Position numbers and translations under genes: made by a program
Assembly: GCA_036271595.1 (NCBI GenBank)
Contig: DATBAI010000013.1
Span: forward strand, 7,154-71,153
DNA length: 64,000 nucleotides
Direction of reading: 5' to 3'
From: Usitatibacter sp.
GTDB lineage: Bacteria > Pseudomonadota > Gammaproteobacteria > Burkholderiales > Usitatibacteraceae
Shown here: positions 47,282-56,536 of the stretch, one piece after another
How the letters are laid out: the number at the start of each line of letters is the position of its first letter
How positions within the stretch are numbered: the stretch's first letter is position 1
Notes under the pieces: model-generated
What the model was told of the DNA's origin: nothing
The model's database searches: none
What the model saw: the letters and a program-made list of their open reading frames with translations, nothing else

Positions 47282-48636
47282 TCCGCCGCGCGCGCGAGGG
47301 GCACGACGGCGGCGTGCGAATCGGCCGTGGGGTCCGTGGGATCCGCGCCTTTGCCCGCCATGTGCGTGAGGGTCACCATGTATGCGACGAGGAGCAGCGC
47401 ATACGTGATCGCATAGCCGGTGATGCTCATGCCGAGCTTCACGCCGCTTGCCGCGCCCACCGCATCGCGCGTACGCAGCAGGCCCGTGACGAGCCAGGGT
47501 TGCCGGCCCACCTCGGTCACGATCCAGCCGCAGAGCGTGGCGGCCCATCCCGAGAAGGTGAACGCCGCGAAGCCCCACAGCATCCATCGCGGCGGAACAC
47601 GCCCGCGGCGGGTGGCCCACACGCCGATCCACGAGACGGCCAGCATCAGGAGGCCGATGCCCACCATCGCGCGGAAGGCGAAGAAGAGGGGGCCCACCGG
47701 CGGCCGGTCGGGCTCGAACTCATCCAGCCCGCGCACCGTCGCGTGGGGATCGTGCTTGAGGATCAGGCTTCCCGCGTACGGGATCTCGATCGCGTAGTCG
47801 TTGGTTCGCTTCTTCTCGTTGGGAATCGCGAAAAGCACGAGGGGCATCCCGCCCTGCGTGTGCCACAGCGCCTCCATGGCCGCGATCTTGGCGGGCTGGT
47901 ACTCGAGCGTATTCAGGCCGTGCTGGTCGCCCACGAAGACCTGGATCGGTATGAGGATCGCCGCGGTGGCGAGCCCGATGCGAAGCGTGCGCCGCGCGAG
48001 CTCGTCGGCGCCGGCCTTCAGCAACCTCCAGGCCGAAAGTCCCGCGACGACGAAAGACGCGGTAAGGCCGGAGGCGAGCAGCATGTGCGTGAGGCGGTAT
48101 GGAAAGGACGGATTGAAGATCACCCGCCCCCAGTCGGCCGCGATCCACTGGCCCTGGTCCATCACGGCGCCCGCGGGCGTGTGCATCCACGAGTTGAGCG
48201 CGAGGATCCAAAAGGCCGAGACGGTCGTCCCCACCGCGACCAGGACCGTGGACAGCACGTGAAGCCAATCGGGCACGCGGTTCATGCCGAAGAGCATGAT
48301 CCCGAGGAAGGTCGCCTCCAGGAAGAACGCGGTGAGCACCTCGTAGGAGAGGAGCGGGCCCGCGATCGCTCCCACCTTGTTCATGTAGCCGGGCCAGTTG
48401 GTGCCGAACTGGAACGACATGGTGACGCCGGTCACGACGCCCACCGCGAAGGTGAGCGCGAAAACCTTGAGCCAGAGCTTGTAGGTCGCGAGCCAGCGCA
48501 GGTCGCGAGTTCGCTGGTAGGCCAGCCGGAAAACGATGAGGTACCAGGCCAGCGCGATGGTGAGCGCGGGAAAGAGGATGTGGAAGCCGATGTTGAGGCC
48601 GAACTGCGCCCGGGCGACGAGGAGGGTGTCTTCCAC
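47278..48636 (-). CDS. cydA: Cytochrome bd ubiquinol oxidase subunit I (short Q-loop, Cio-type)
   Basis: FHILFP, FQFGTNW, YEVLTAFFLEA, QPAKIAAME, TEVGRQPW. Confidence 0.93.
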   Translation of the reverse strand: MEDTLLVARAQFGLNIGFHILFPALTIALAWYLIVFRLAYQRTRDLRWLATYKLWLKVFALTFAVGVVTGVTMSFQFGTNWPGYMNKVGAIAGPLLSYEVLTAFFLEATFLGIMLFGMNRVPDWLHVLSTVLVAVGTTVSAFWILALNSWMHTPAGAVMDQGQWIAADWGRVIFNPSFPYRLTHMLLASGLTASFVVAGLSAWRLLKAGADELARRTLRIGLATAAILIPIQVFVGDQHGLNTLEYQPAKIAAMEALWHTQGGMPLVLFAIPNEKKRTNDYAIEIPYAGSLILKHDPHATVRGLDEFEPDRPPVGPLFFAFRAMVGIGLLMLAVSWIGVWATRRGRVPPRWMLWGFAAFTFSGWAATLCGWIVTEVGRQPWLVTGLLRTRDAVGAASGVKLGMSITGYAITYALLLVAYMVTLTHMAGKGADPTDPTADSHAAVVPLARAAE

Positions 48637-48693
48637 GATCGGTTCGCTGGCTGGTCGCCGATTCTAGCCCACCCGGAAGCGTAAAATCGTTCT

Positions 48694-51093
48694 ATGTCGG
48701 CTGCAGCTCCGCAACGCGGCAAGCTCAAGATATTCTTCGGCGCCTTCCCCGGTGCCGGCAAGACCAATGCCATGCTCACCTCCGCCCACCGGATGCGCGA
48801 GGCGGGGCGCGACGTGGTGGCGGCCGTCGTGGACGCGCACGAGAGCGCGGACCTCCTTCTCCTTCAAGGCTTCGAGACGCTCGCGTCTCCGGTACCCGGC
48901 GAGCTCGACCTGGATGGGGCGATCCGGCGTCGTCCCGAGGTGATCCTGGTCGACGACCTCGCGCACGCGAACCCGGCCGGTGCCCGCCATCCCAAGCGTT
49001 GGAAGGATGCCGACGAGCTTCTCGCCGCGGGGATCGACGTCTTCACGACGATGAGCGTGCAGCACCTCGAGAGCCTGAACGACGTGGTGGGCGAGATCAC
49101 CGGGATCCGGGAGGCCCAGACCGTCCCCGACACGTTCTTCGATACCGCCGACGAAACGATCATGGTGGACATGTCCGCCGACGAGCTGCTGGTGCGCCTC
49201 GCCGAGGGCAAGGTGCACGTGGGCGTGGCCGAGCGCGGCGCCGAGGGCACGTTCTTCAGCAAGGGAAGCCTTCTCGCGCTGCGGGAGATTGCGCTGCGCC
49301 GAACCGCGGACGTGGTCGAGGACGAGGTGCGCCGGCTTCGCGCCGACAAGTCCGCGGAGGGCGTGTGGAAGACGCAGGGCACGCTTCTTTGCTGCATCGG
49401 GCCCGCGCATGGGGCCGAGCACGTCGTGCGAAGCGCCGCGCGGCTCGCCAAGGGGCTCGCGGCTCCGTGGACCGCGATCTACGTCGAGACGCCGCACCTC
49501 CAGCGCCTGCCCGGGCCCGAGCGCGGCCGCATCCTCAACGTCGTGCGCCTCGCCGAGGAGCTCGGTGCGGCCACTGCGATCGTCACGGGCAACGACGAAT
49601 CCCAGGCGATCGTCGACTACGCGTGCGAGCACAACATCGGGCGCGTTGTCGTGGGGCGCGGGCGCGTCCGCCGGGTCTTCACGGGGAGGAGCGTGAGCGA
49701 GCGCCTCGCCGCGGCCGACGCGAGCCTGGACGTGATCGAGATCGGGAGGTCCGGTTCGGATGCGGGTGTCGCGGTGGAGGCTCCGGCGCCGGTGCCGCGG
49801 CTCGCCCGTGTCGAAGGCTCACGCGTGGGAGAGAAGCGCGCCCGCTATGTGTGGACCGTGCTCGCATGCGCGGCGGCCACCGGTGTCTCGAGCGCGATCC
49901 ATCCCACGTTCGAGCTCGCCACCATCGCGATGTTCTACACGCTCACCGTGGTGCTGCTCGCGGTGAAGTGGGGCCGTGGCCCGGCGGTCGTCGGCGCCGC
50001 GATCAACGTGGCGGCGTTCAAGTTCTTTTTCGTGCCGCCGCGCTTCAGCTTCGTCCCCGCCGACATCCAGTATTTCCTGACGTTCGCCGTGATGCTGGCG
50101 GTGGGCGTGCTGATCGGCCAGCTCGCCGGAAGCCTGCGCTTCCAGGCGCGCGTCGCCGCCCATCGCGAGCGGCGCGCACGCACGCTCTACGAATTCGCTC
50201 GCGACCTCGCACAGCTGCGTACGCCCGCCGAGGTGATCGAGAAGACCGAGGACTTCATGTCGCGCCAGTTCAAGGCGCGCGTGGCCGTGCTGGTGCCCGA
50301 TTCCACGGGCACGCTCACTTCCCCCACGGCGCGCGGCATGACCAATCCGTTCGACAGCACCGCGGCGCAGTGGGCGTTCGACCAGGCGCAGCAGGCGGGC
50401 GCCGGGACCGAGACGCTCGCCGGCAACGAGTACCTCTTCCTGCCCCTCAAGTCGCCCACCCGCACGCGCGGCGTGCTCGCGGTTCGCCCCGAACGAACGC
50501 GCGACCTCTTCATCCCGGAGCAGCGCCACCAGTTCGAGATCTTCGCGACGCTCGTGGCCACGGCGCTCGAGCGCGTGCACTACGTGGACGTGGCCCGCGA
50601 TGCGCTCCTCATGGCCGGGTTGCAGAGCGGCGACCTGCGCCTGGAACGCGAAGCGCGCAAGCCCGCGGAGCTCGTGGACGATGCGCTGCGTTCCGTGGGA
50701 ACCCTCCTCGGGCGCCACGAGCTCGAGCTGCGCATCGCGAGCGACCTGCCCGAAGTGTCGGTGGATCCGCTCCTCGCCGAGCGCGTGCTCACGAGCCTCA
50801 TCGGCAACGTTGCCCGCCACACGCCGGCGGGAACGCATTTCACCGTCGAGGCCAAGGCCCATGGCGGTTTCGTCGAGTTCGCGGTTGAGGACAGCGGGCC
50901 TGGGCTTCCGCAGGGCCGCGAGGAGGAGCTCTTCGAGTCGTTCGCGCGAGGGGCGACCAAGCGCGCCCGCAAGGGCGCAGGGCTGGGCTTGGCGATCAGC
51001 CGTGCCATCGTCGAGGCGCACGGCGGCACCATCCGCGCGGAGTCGCGCGAGGGCCGCGGCACGCGGATCGTCTTTACGCTCCCCGACGCCTAG
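48694..51093 (+). CDS. kdpD: KdpD homolog lacking the HisKA/DHp domain
   Basis: KdpD N-domain (GKLKIFFGAFPGAGKT), USP, 4 TM, GAF, HATPase; no H-box between ARDALL and MAGLQSG. Confidence 0.8.
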   Translation: MSAAAPQRGKLKIFFGAFPGAGKTNAMLTSAHRMREAGRDVVAAVVDAHESADLLLLQGFETLASPVPGELDLDGAIRRRPEVILVDDLAHANPAGARHPKRWKDADELLAAGIDVFTTMSVQHLESLNDVVGEITGIREAQTVPDTFFDTADETIMVDMSADELLVRLAEGKVHVGVAERGAEGTFFSKGSLLALREIALRRTADVVEDEVRRLRADKSAEGVWKTQGTLLCCIGPAHGAEHVVRSAARLAKGLAAPWTAIYVETPHLQRLPGPERGRILNVVRLAEELGAATAIVTGNDESQAIVDYACEHNIGRVVVGRGRVRRVFTGRSVSERLAAADASLDVIEIGRSGSDAGVAVEAPAPVPRLARVEGSRVGEKRARYVWTVLACAAATGVSSAIHPTFELATIAMFYTLTVVLLAVKWGRGPAVVGAAINVAAFKFFFVPPRFSFVPADIQYFLTFAVMLAVGVLIGQLAGSLRFQARVAAHRERRARTLYEFARDLAQLRTPAEVIEKTEDFMSRQFKARVAVLVPDSTGTLTSPTARGMTNPFDSTAAQWAFDQAQQAGAGTETLAGNEYLFLPLKSPTRTRGVLAVRPERTRDLFIPEQRHQFEIFATLVATALERVHYVDVARDALLMAGLQSGDLRLEREARKPAELVDDALRSVGTLLGRHELELRIASDLPEVSVDPLLAERVLTSLIGNVARHTPAGTHFTVEAKAHGGFVEFAVEDSGPGLPQGREEELFESFARGATKRARKGAGLGLAISRAIVEAHGGTIRAESREGRGTRIVFTLPDA

Positions 51094-51563
51094 AAGCGCG
51101 ATCCGCCGAGGATCGCGTCGATGTCGCAGGTCTCGGAGCCGGTCAGCTTGATCGAGAGCCGGATCGACATCGCATTGGCCGTGGCGCTGATCGACTGCGC
51201 CTGGAAGTTACCCGTCTTGCCGTCGGTGCAGCTGTAGAAGCCGGTCCACGTGGGCTGGAACCGATCGGCCGTGTACGCACCGCTGTACGTGCACTGCAGG
51301 CCCGTGATGCCGATCTGGTTGATGCCGATCGTGGCGGCGGTCCTGTCGTAGCCGATGTCGTATTCGGCGTAGGTGCCCCGAGTTCCGTTGTTCTGCGTCG
51401 CCGCGCAGTTGCTGCGCTTCTCCAGGTCCGCCCCGTTCCAGGCGCCGGGCAGGAGGAGGGCGGGGTCGTCGGGTCGGGCGACCGGGTTTCGGGCCTGGGC
51501 CCATGCCGCGGGCGCCGCGAGGCTCGCGCAGGCGAACAGGAGGAACAGAGGTTTGCGGTTCAT
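51090..51563 (-). CDS. Secreted hypothetical protein, Cys-containing, beta-rich
   Basis: Signal peptide ending AWA-Q; 157 aa; 4 Cys in the mature part. Confidence 0.7.
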   Translation of the reverse strand: MNRKPLFLLFACASLAAPAAWAQARNPVARPDDPALLLPGAWNGADLEKRSNCAATQNNGTRGTYAEYDIGYDRTAATIGINQIGITGLQCTYSGAYTADRFQPTWTGFYSCTDGKTGNFQAQSISATANAMSIRLSIKLTGSETCDIDAILGGSRF

Positions 51564-51638
51564 GGTGGCCCATTCCTCTGGCCACCGGCGCACGCGCGGG
51601 TTTCCGCGCGCGGCTGGTCCGTTGGAGCTATGTAAGGG

Positions 51639-54110
51639 CTACGCGAGGATCGGCACCGGGCCGTGGTTGGCCGCCGCCAGGATGCCGCCCGCGCGGTCGG
51701 CGTTCACCGGCCTGGAGAGGAGGAAGCCCTGGCCGAATTCGCAGCCCAGCTCCTGGAGCGTCGCGAGCTGCGCGCGCGTTTCGATTCCCTCGGCGTACAC
51801 CTGCTTGGAGAGCGCCTGGCCCAGCTTGAAGATCGCCTTCACGATCTCGCCGCCCTCGCCGTTCATGCGGTCGATGAACGAGCGGTCCACCTTGAGCGCG
51901 TCGATCGGGAGCGTCGCGAGGTAGGAGAGGGACGAGTAGCCGGTGCCGAAGTCGTCGATGGAAAGCTGCACGCCCATCTGGCGAAGCGAGGTCAGCGTGG
52001 AAAGGGCGTTGTCGATGCCGTTCATCAGCACGCTCTCGGTCACCTCGAGCATGAGCTGCGACGGCTGCATCTCGGCGGCGGCGAGCGAGCGGGCCACGTG
52101 CGGGACGAAGTCGGGGTGAGAGAGCTGCAGGCTGGAGACGTTCACGCTCATGCGCAGCCCCGAGTCGGCGCGGATCGCACGCCATTCGCTCATCTGGCGG
52201 CACGCCTCGGCGAGCACCCAGTTGCCCAGCGGCACGATGAGGCCGGTTTCCTCGGCGACGGGGATGAACATCGACGGCTCGAGGAGCCCGCGCACCGGAT
52301 GGTTCCAGCGGGCGAGCGCTTCGAACCCCATGAGGCGGCCGTCCTTCAGCGTGCAGATGGGCTGGTACTCGAGGTAGATCTGGCCTTTGCCAAGCGCCTT
52401 GCGAAGCTCGGTTTCCAGCGTGAGCTGGGCGGAGACTTGCGCGTGCTGGCTGGAATCGAAGAGCGCGTACTGGGCCTTGCCCTTCGACTTCGCCTTGTAC
52501 ATCGCGATGTCGGCGTCGCGGATGATCTGGTCCGAAGTCTGGTAGTCGTTGGTGCTGTAGGTGATGCCGATGGAGGCGCTGATCGCCACTTCCATGTGGC
52601 CCAGCTGGATCGGGCGCTGCAGCTCCTTGTGGATGCGCTCGGCGAGCTCCACCGGCTCGCGTTCGTTCTTGATGTTCTCTACGAGGATCGCGAACTCGTC
52701 GCCGCCCAGGCGCGCCAGCACGTCGGACTCGCGCAGCATCCCCTTCAGGCGCCGCGCGACGTTCACCAGGAGCTCGTCGCCCGCCTTGTGCCCCAGCGAG
52801 TCGTTCACGACCTTGAAGCGGTCGAAGTCGAGGTACATCACGGCGAAGCGCTGCTCGGGATGGCGCTGCACGCGCGCGATCGCCCGGTTCAGCTGCTCGT
52901 CGAAATGGACGCGGTTGGTGAGCTGCGTGAGGCTGTCGTGATAGGCGTTGTGGAAGAGCTCGGCCTCGGCGCGGCGCCGCGCGCTCACGTCCTGGGCCTG
53001 CACGATGAGGTTGTGGGTGTGGAACTGCCAGTCGCGGGCGAGCGAGACGTTGAGCGCCATCCAGACGTCGGCCCCGTCGCGGTGCAGGCCGCGGACCTCG
53101 ATGTGCACGGAATTCAGCTCGCCCTTCACGAGGCGGTCCAGCGGGGAGCGCAGGGCGTCCGAGTCGGCGGGATTCACGAGGTCGAAGAGCTGCGTGGCCG
53201 AAAGGTCGGCGGAGCCGCGCCCCAGCATGTCGCAGAACGCCTTGTTCGCCTGGATGAAGCGCCCGTCGGTCGAGACGATCGCCATGCCGATGGCGGCGTG
53301 GGCGAAGGCGCTGTGGAAGCGGCTCTCGCTCTCCTTCAGCTCTTCCACGTGGCGCGCGTCGGCTTCCTTGTGCTGGAAGTAGTAGTGCACGGTCGAGATG
53401 AACATCGCGACAAGCGGAACCGAGACCAGCAGGGCGGGCAAGCCGAACTGCTCGAAGCTCACGTACAGCACGCCGGCGACCGACGCCCCGGCGACGTATG
53501 CGAGGCCGATCCAGCCGCTTTCGCGCAGCCACTTGCCGGGCGTGAGGGGCTGGCTCCTCTTCAGGGCGATGAGGGTCGATGTGATGAAGATATTGGCGAT
53601 CCAGTACAGCACGGAGAGCGCCATGACGGCCGCGATGATCGCGCCGCCGTTGAAGCCATGCGCCACGATCACCGACTTGGCCGCTACGAAGATCGAGGCG
53701 CACGCGAGCATCGCGACCGAGGCCATGGCCGGGGCCACGACGCGGCTGGTCCAGCGCTTGGAGCCGCGCCAGGAGCCCACGATCGCCTCCACGGCGGCCG
53801 CGAGCACCGCGGCCGGCGCGCCGAAGAGCATGAGCATGAGGAAGATGAAGATCTCGGCGCCCGCGATGGATGTCTTCGAGCCGGGAATGCGAACCGGGAA
53901 AAGCCCCACGACGGCGGCGACCGCCGCGCCCGCGATCACCTGGAGCAGCGCCGTCCCCTGCAGCGCGGCCACGCTCGCGATCGCATAGATGAGCGCCCAG
54001 ACCCCGAGGAATACGATGGTCCACCAGTACAGCCGGGCCTTGGGTGTGTAGTCCTGCATGTCGATCAGGGACACGGGCGCCTCTCGTTTCTTTTCCTGGG
54101 TATCCATCAT
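51639..54110 (-). CDS. Membrane (MASE-type, ~7 TM)-PAS-GGDEF-EAL protein
   Basis: Hydrophobic N-terminal ~240 aa, PAS (FAHAAIGMAIV), [23 protein letters not shown]. Confidence 0.9.
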   Translation of the reverse strand: MMDTQEKKREAPVSLIDMQDYTPKARLYWWTIVFLGVWALIYAIASVAALQGTALLQVIAGAAVAAVVGLFPVRIPGSKTSIAGAEIFIFLMLMLFGAPAAVLAAAVEAIVGSWRGSKRWTSRVVAPAMASVAMLACASIFVAAKSVIVAHGFNGGAIIAAVMALSVLYWIANIFITSTLIALKRSQPLTPGKWLRESGWIGLAYVAGASVAGVLYVSFEQFGLPALLVSVPLVAMFISTVHYYFQHKEADARHVEELKESESRFHSAFAHAAIGMAIVSTDGRFIQANKAFCDMLGRGSADLSATQLFDLVNPADSDALRSPLDRLVKGELNSVHIEVRGLHRDGADVWMALNVSLARDWQFHTHNLIVQAQDVSARRRAEAELFHNAYHDSLTQLTNRVHFDEQLNRAIARVQRHPEQRFAVMYLDFDRFKVVNDSLGHKAGDELLVNVARRLKGMLRESDVLARLGGDEFAILVENIKNEREPVELAERIHKELQRPIQLGHMEVAISASIGITYSTNDYQTSDQIIRDADIAMYKAKSKGKAQYALFDSSQHAQVSAQLTLETELRKALGKGQIYLEYQPICTLKDGRLMGFEALARWNHPVRGLLEPSMFIPVAEETGLIVPLGNWVLAEACRQMSEWRAIRADSGLRMSVNVSSLQLSHPDFVPHVARSLAAAEMQPSQLMLEVTESVLMNGIDNALSTLTSLRQMGVQLSIDDFGTGYSSLSYLATLPIDALKVDRSFIDRMNGEGGEIVKAIFKLGQALSKQVYAEGIETRAQLATLQELGCEFGQGFLLSRPVNADRAGGILAAANHGPVPILA

Positions 54111-56326
54111 TCGCCCGGCATCGGGCCCTGCTCGGTCACGATGACGCTCTCGGTGACGAGCACGCCCTCGGTGACGACCACGCCTTCCGTGACCATCACG
54201 CCCTCGGTGAGGATCACGCCTTCGGTGAAGATCACGCCTTCGGTAAGGATCACGCCCTCGGTGATGATCACGCCGTTGCCGATCAGCACCGGCGACCCGC
54301 CCGCGAGCTGCGAGACCGTGAGCGTCGGCATGAAGGCACCGGTCTGGGTCGCGGAGCTGCTGGAGCCGAGGAGCGTCGCCACGTTGCCTACCCCGGCGGA
54401 CAGGAGCGCGGCGTTGCCCACCAGCGCCTCGTCGAAGCCGGAGATGTAGGCGTTGTTGTTGGCGAAGCGGTCGATGTCGATGTCGAACGCGGTCGGGCCG
54501 ACCCAGGAGAGCGTCGGGTCATACGGTGCCTGGAACCGGGTGAGGAGCGCGTCGCCCGTGAGGACCTGGTTTCCGCCCAGGTAGGCGATGCGGCTCCAGT
54601 TCGCCAGGCGCCCGTCGATGTTCGAGGAGGGCGAGGGAAGCGATTGGCCGGCGGCGAGCAGCCCGTCGCCCACATTGATCGAGCCATTCGCCACGCGCGT
54701 CGAGATGTTGGACTGGAGCACCTGCGCGACTTGCACGGCGCCCACGTCGTTCACCATGCCCGCGCCTTGCTCCAGCAGGTTGTAACCCACGAGCGGCTCG
54801 GCGGTGTACTGGAGGATCGCCTTCACGAGCGGCGGGGTGAGGCCGGGGTTGGCCTGCAGCATGAGCGCCACCGTGCCGGAGACGACCGGCGCGGAGAACG
54901 ACGTGCCGCTCGCCACCATGAGGCCCTTGCCCAGGGGCGCGGCCTGCACGACGAGTTGCGGGAAGGTGACGGCGAGCTTGCTGCGAAAGAGTCCGAGGTT
55001 GTCGGTGGCGAGCGCGCCCACCAGGCGGTTGCCCGGCGCCACGAGGTCGGGCTTCAACAGCGAGTCGGCGCGATGCACGCCATTCGCGTCGTTGTCGCCG
55101 CCCAGCGTGGGGCCCCGCGAGCTGAACATGTTGACGGTGTCGTCGGCGCGGCTGGCGGTGTCGTGCGGGTTCGCGCTTCCTACCGTGATCGCGGAAGGCT
55201 CGTTGCCCGGCGACGTGATGCCGCCGTACTGCTCGCGCCCCGAGGCGTCGAGGCCGTAGTTGCCGGCCGCGACGACCACCACCAGGCCCGAGGCCACCGC
55301 GTGGCGCACGGCGAGGCAGAGCGGATCGGTGAGGTAGGACTCGGTCGAGTCGGCGGCAAGGCTGATGTTCACGACGCGGATGCCGTAGTCGTCCTTGTGC
55401 AGGATCACCCAGTCCATCCCCGCGAGGGCGTCGCCCACGTCGCCGATGCCGGTGCCGTCGAGCACACGCACGTCGTAGAGGTTCGCCGAAGGCGCCACGC
55501 CCGTGCTGTCGGTGGTCGTGGAGACGGCGCGGCCCGCGGCGAGCGAGGCGACCAGCGTGCCGTGGCCGTACGGGTCCTGGTTGCCCACGGCCGAGCTGTT
55601 GATCGTCGATTCCAGCGTGTTGAGGGCGGAGCTGCCGGGATAGATCAGCTTGCTGAAGTCGAGCCCGCCCTTCCAGTCGAGAAGGCCCAGCAGCGCCGAC
55701 TCGTTCACGCGGGTGAGGTCCACGCTCTTCTTCACGCGCGACTTGCCATTGGTGCCGGCGAAGGCGCCATGCGAGGCCATGATCCCGGAGTCGAGGAACG
55801 CGATGCCGATCCCCGCGCCCGTGAAGCCCGTCCCCGTCGTGCCGGCGCGAAGCGCCGCGGCGCCGGTGGACTTCTCCACGAGGCTCGAGGTGCGCGCGGT
55901 CATGCGGTTGGGGGAGATGCTCTCGACGTCGGAGCGGCGGGCGATGTCCAGCACGCGCGCGGCGGGGAGCATTGCGAGCAGGCCGTTCACGGAGATGTAC
56001 TTGTAGTAGACCGCGCCGCCGGAGGCGACCACGGCATGGCGCAGGTCGGAAAGCGAGGAGTCGGTGGTGTTCGTGGAGATCACGAGCACCTTCACGAGGC
56101 GCCCCGACGACGATTCGCGCGCCCAGGAGATGCCCGAGACGCTGTTGGCCGTGATCGCCTTGGAAAGGTCGGTGGAAAGCTTCGCCTGCGCGACCGACGG
56201 CGGATCGAGCGCAACGTCGGCGCGTGCCGCCGGCGCCAGCGACAGCGCGGCAAGGAACACGAGCGCGGCGAAAGAAGCGAGCGCCTTCGCGATGGGGTTA
56301 CGTTGTCTGTTGGTTGTTTGACGCAT
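54107..56326 (-). CDS. Secreted S8 (subtilase) peptidase with C-terminal hexapeptide repeats
   Basis: Signal peptide, prodomain, FLDSG (Asp), HGTLVA (His), AAGN, GTSFSAP (Ser); GVxxTE x8. Confidence 0.9.
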   Translation of the reverse strand: MRQTTNRQRNPIAKALASFAALVFLAALSLAPAARADVALDPPSVAQAKLSTDLSKAITANSVSGISWARESSSGRLVKVLVISTNTTDSSLSDLRHAVVASGGAVYYKYISVNGLLAMLPAARVLDIARRSDVESISPNRMTARTSSLVEKSTGAAALRAGTTGTGFTGAGIGIAFLDSGIMASHGAFAGTNGKSRVKKSVDLTRVNESALLGLLDWKGGLDFSKLIYPGSSALNTLESTINSSAVGNQDPYGHGTLVASLAAGRAVSTTTDSTGVAPSANLYDVRVLDGTGIGDVGDALAGMDWVILHKDDYGIRVVNISLAADSTESYLTDPLCLAVRHAVASGLVVVVAAGNYGLDASGREQYGGITSPGNEPSAITVGSANPHDTASRADDTVNMFSSRGPTLGGDNDANGVHRADSLLKPDLVAPGNRLVGALATDNLGLFRSKLAVTFPQLVVQAAPLGKGLMVASGTSFSAPVVSGTVALMLQANPGLTPPLVKAILQYTAEPLVGYNLLEQGAGMVNDVGAVQVAQVLQSNISTRVANGSINVGDGLLAAGQSLPSPSSNIDGRLANWSRIAYLGGNQVLTGDALLTRFQAPYDPTLSWVGPTAFDIDIDRFANNNAYISGFDEALVGNAALLSAGVGNVATLLGSSSSATQTGAFMPTLTVSQLAGGSPVLIGNGVIITEGVILTEGVIFTEGVILTEGVMVTEGVVVTEGVLVTESVIVTEQGPMPGE
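54131..54274 (-). repeat. Eight 18-bp tandem units encoding G-V-[ILMV]-[ILFV]-T-E
   Basis: Units such as CTCGGTGAGGATCACGCC read directly on the + strand. Confidence 0.92.
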
Positions 56327-56341
56327 CTTCGGCCTCGTGGC

Positions 56342-56411
56342 TGTGAAACAGCGCACAGTTCGGGCCGACTCTATTCCCCGCACCCACCGGGACCGTGTGA
56401 GATTTCGCACA
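56342..56411. promoter_or_regulatory. Two CRP-like sites TGTGA-N6-GCACA (56342-56357 and 56396-56411)
   Basis: Each is one mismatch from TGTGA-N6-TCACA, and both carry the same deviation. Confidence 0.55.
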
Positions 56412-56429
56412 ACGCCGGGGTTCGGCTGC

Positions 56430-56463
56430 TTACAGCCGTAAGCGGGATGGTTACAGCCGTAAG
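56430..56463. promoter_or_regulatory. 13-bp direct repeat TTACAGCCGTAAG x2 with 21-bp period; each copy is a TTAC-N4-GTAA palindrome
   Basis: Direct reading at 56430-56442 and 56451-56463. Confidence 0.6.
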
Positions 56464-56536
56464 AAAGCGCCGCCCGATACCGCAGTCCCCGGCTACGTGG
56501 CTCATCTGGTGAGCCGGCGGGCCGCTATCATGCCCC

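Noticed and set aside
46295-48636. cydAB as part of the sulfur system
   Set aside because: It lies 16 kb away with no regulatory link visible; an ordinary Cio-type oxidase.
54131-54274. 18-bp tandem repeat as a CRISPR or non-coding VNTR
   Set aside because: There are no spacers, and variation is concentrated at synonymous or conservative positions of an in-frame peptide repeat.
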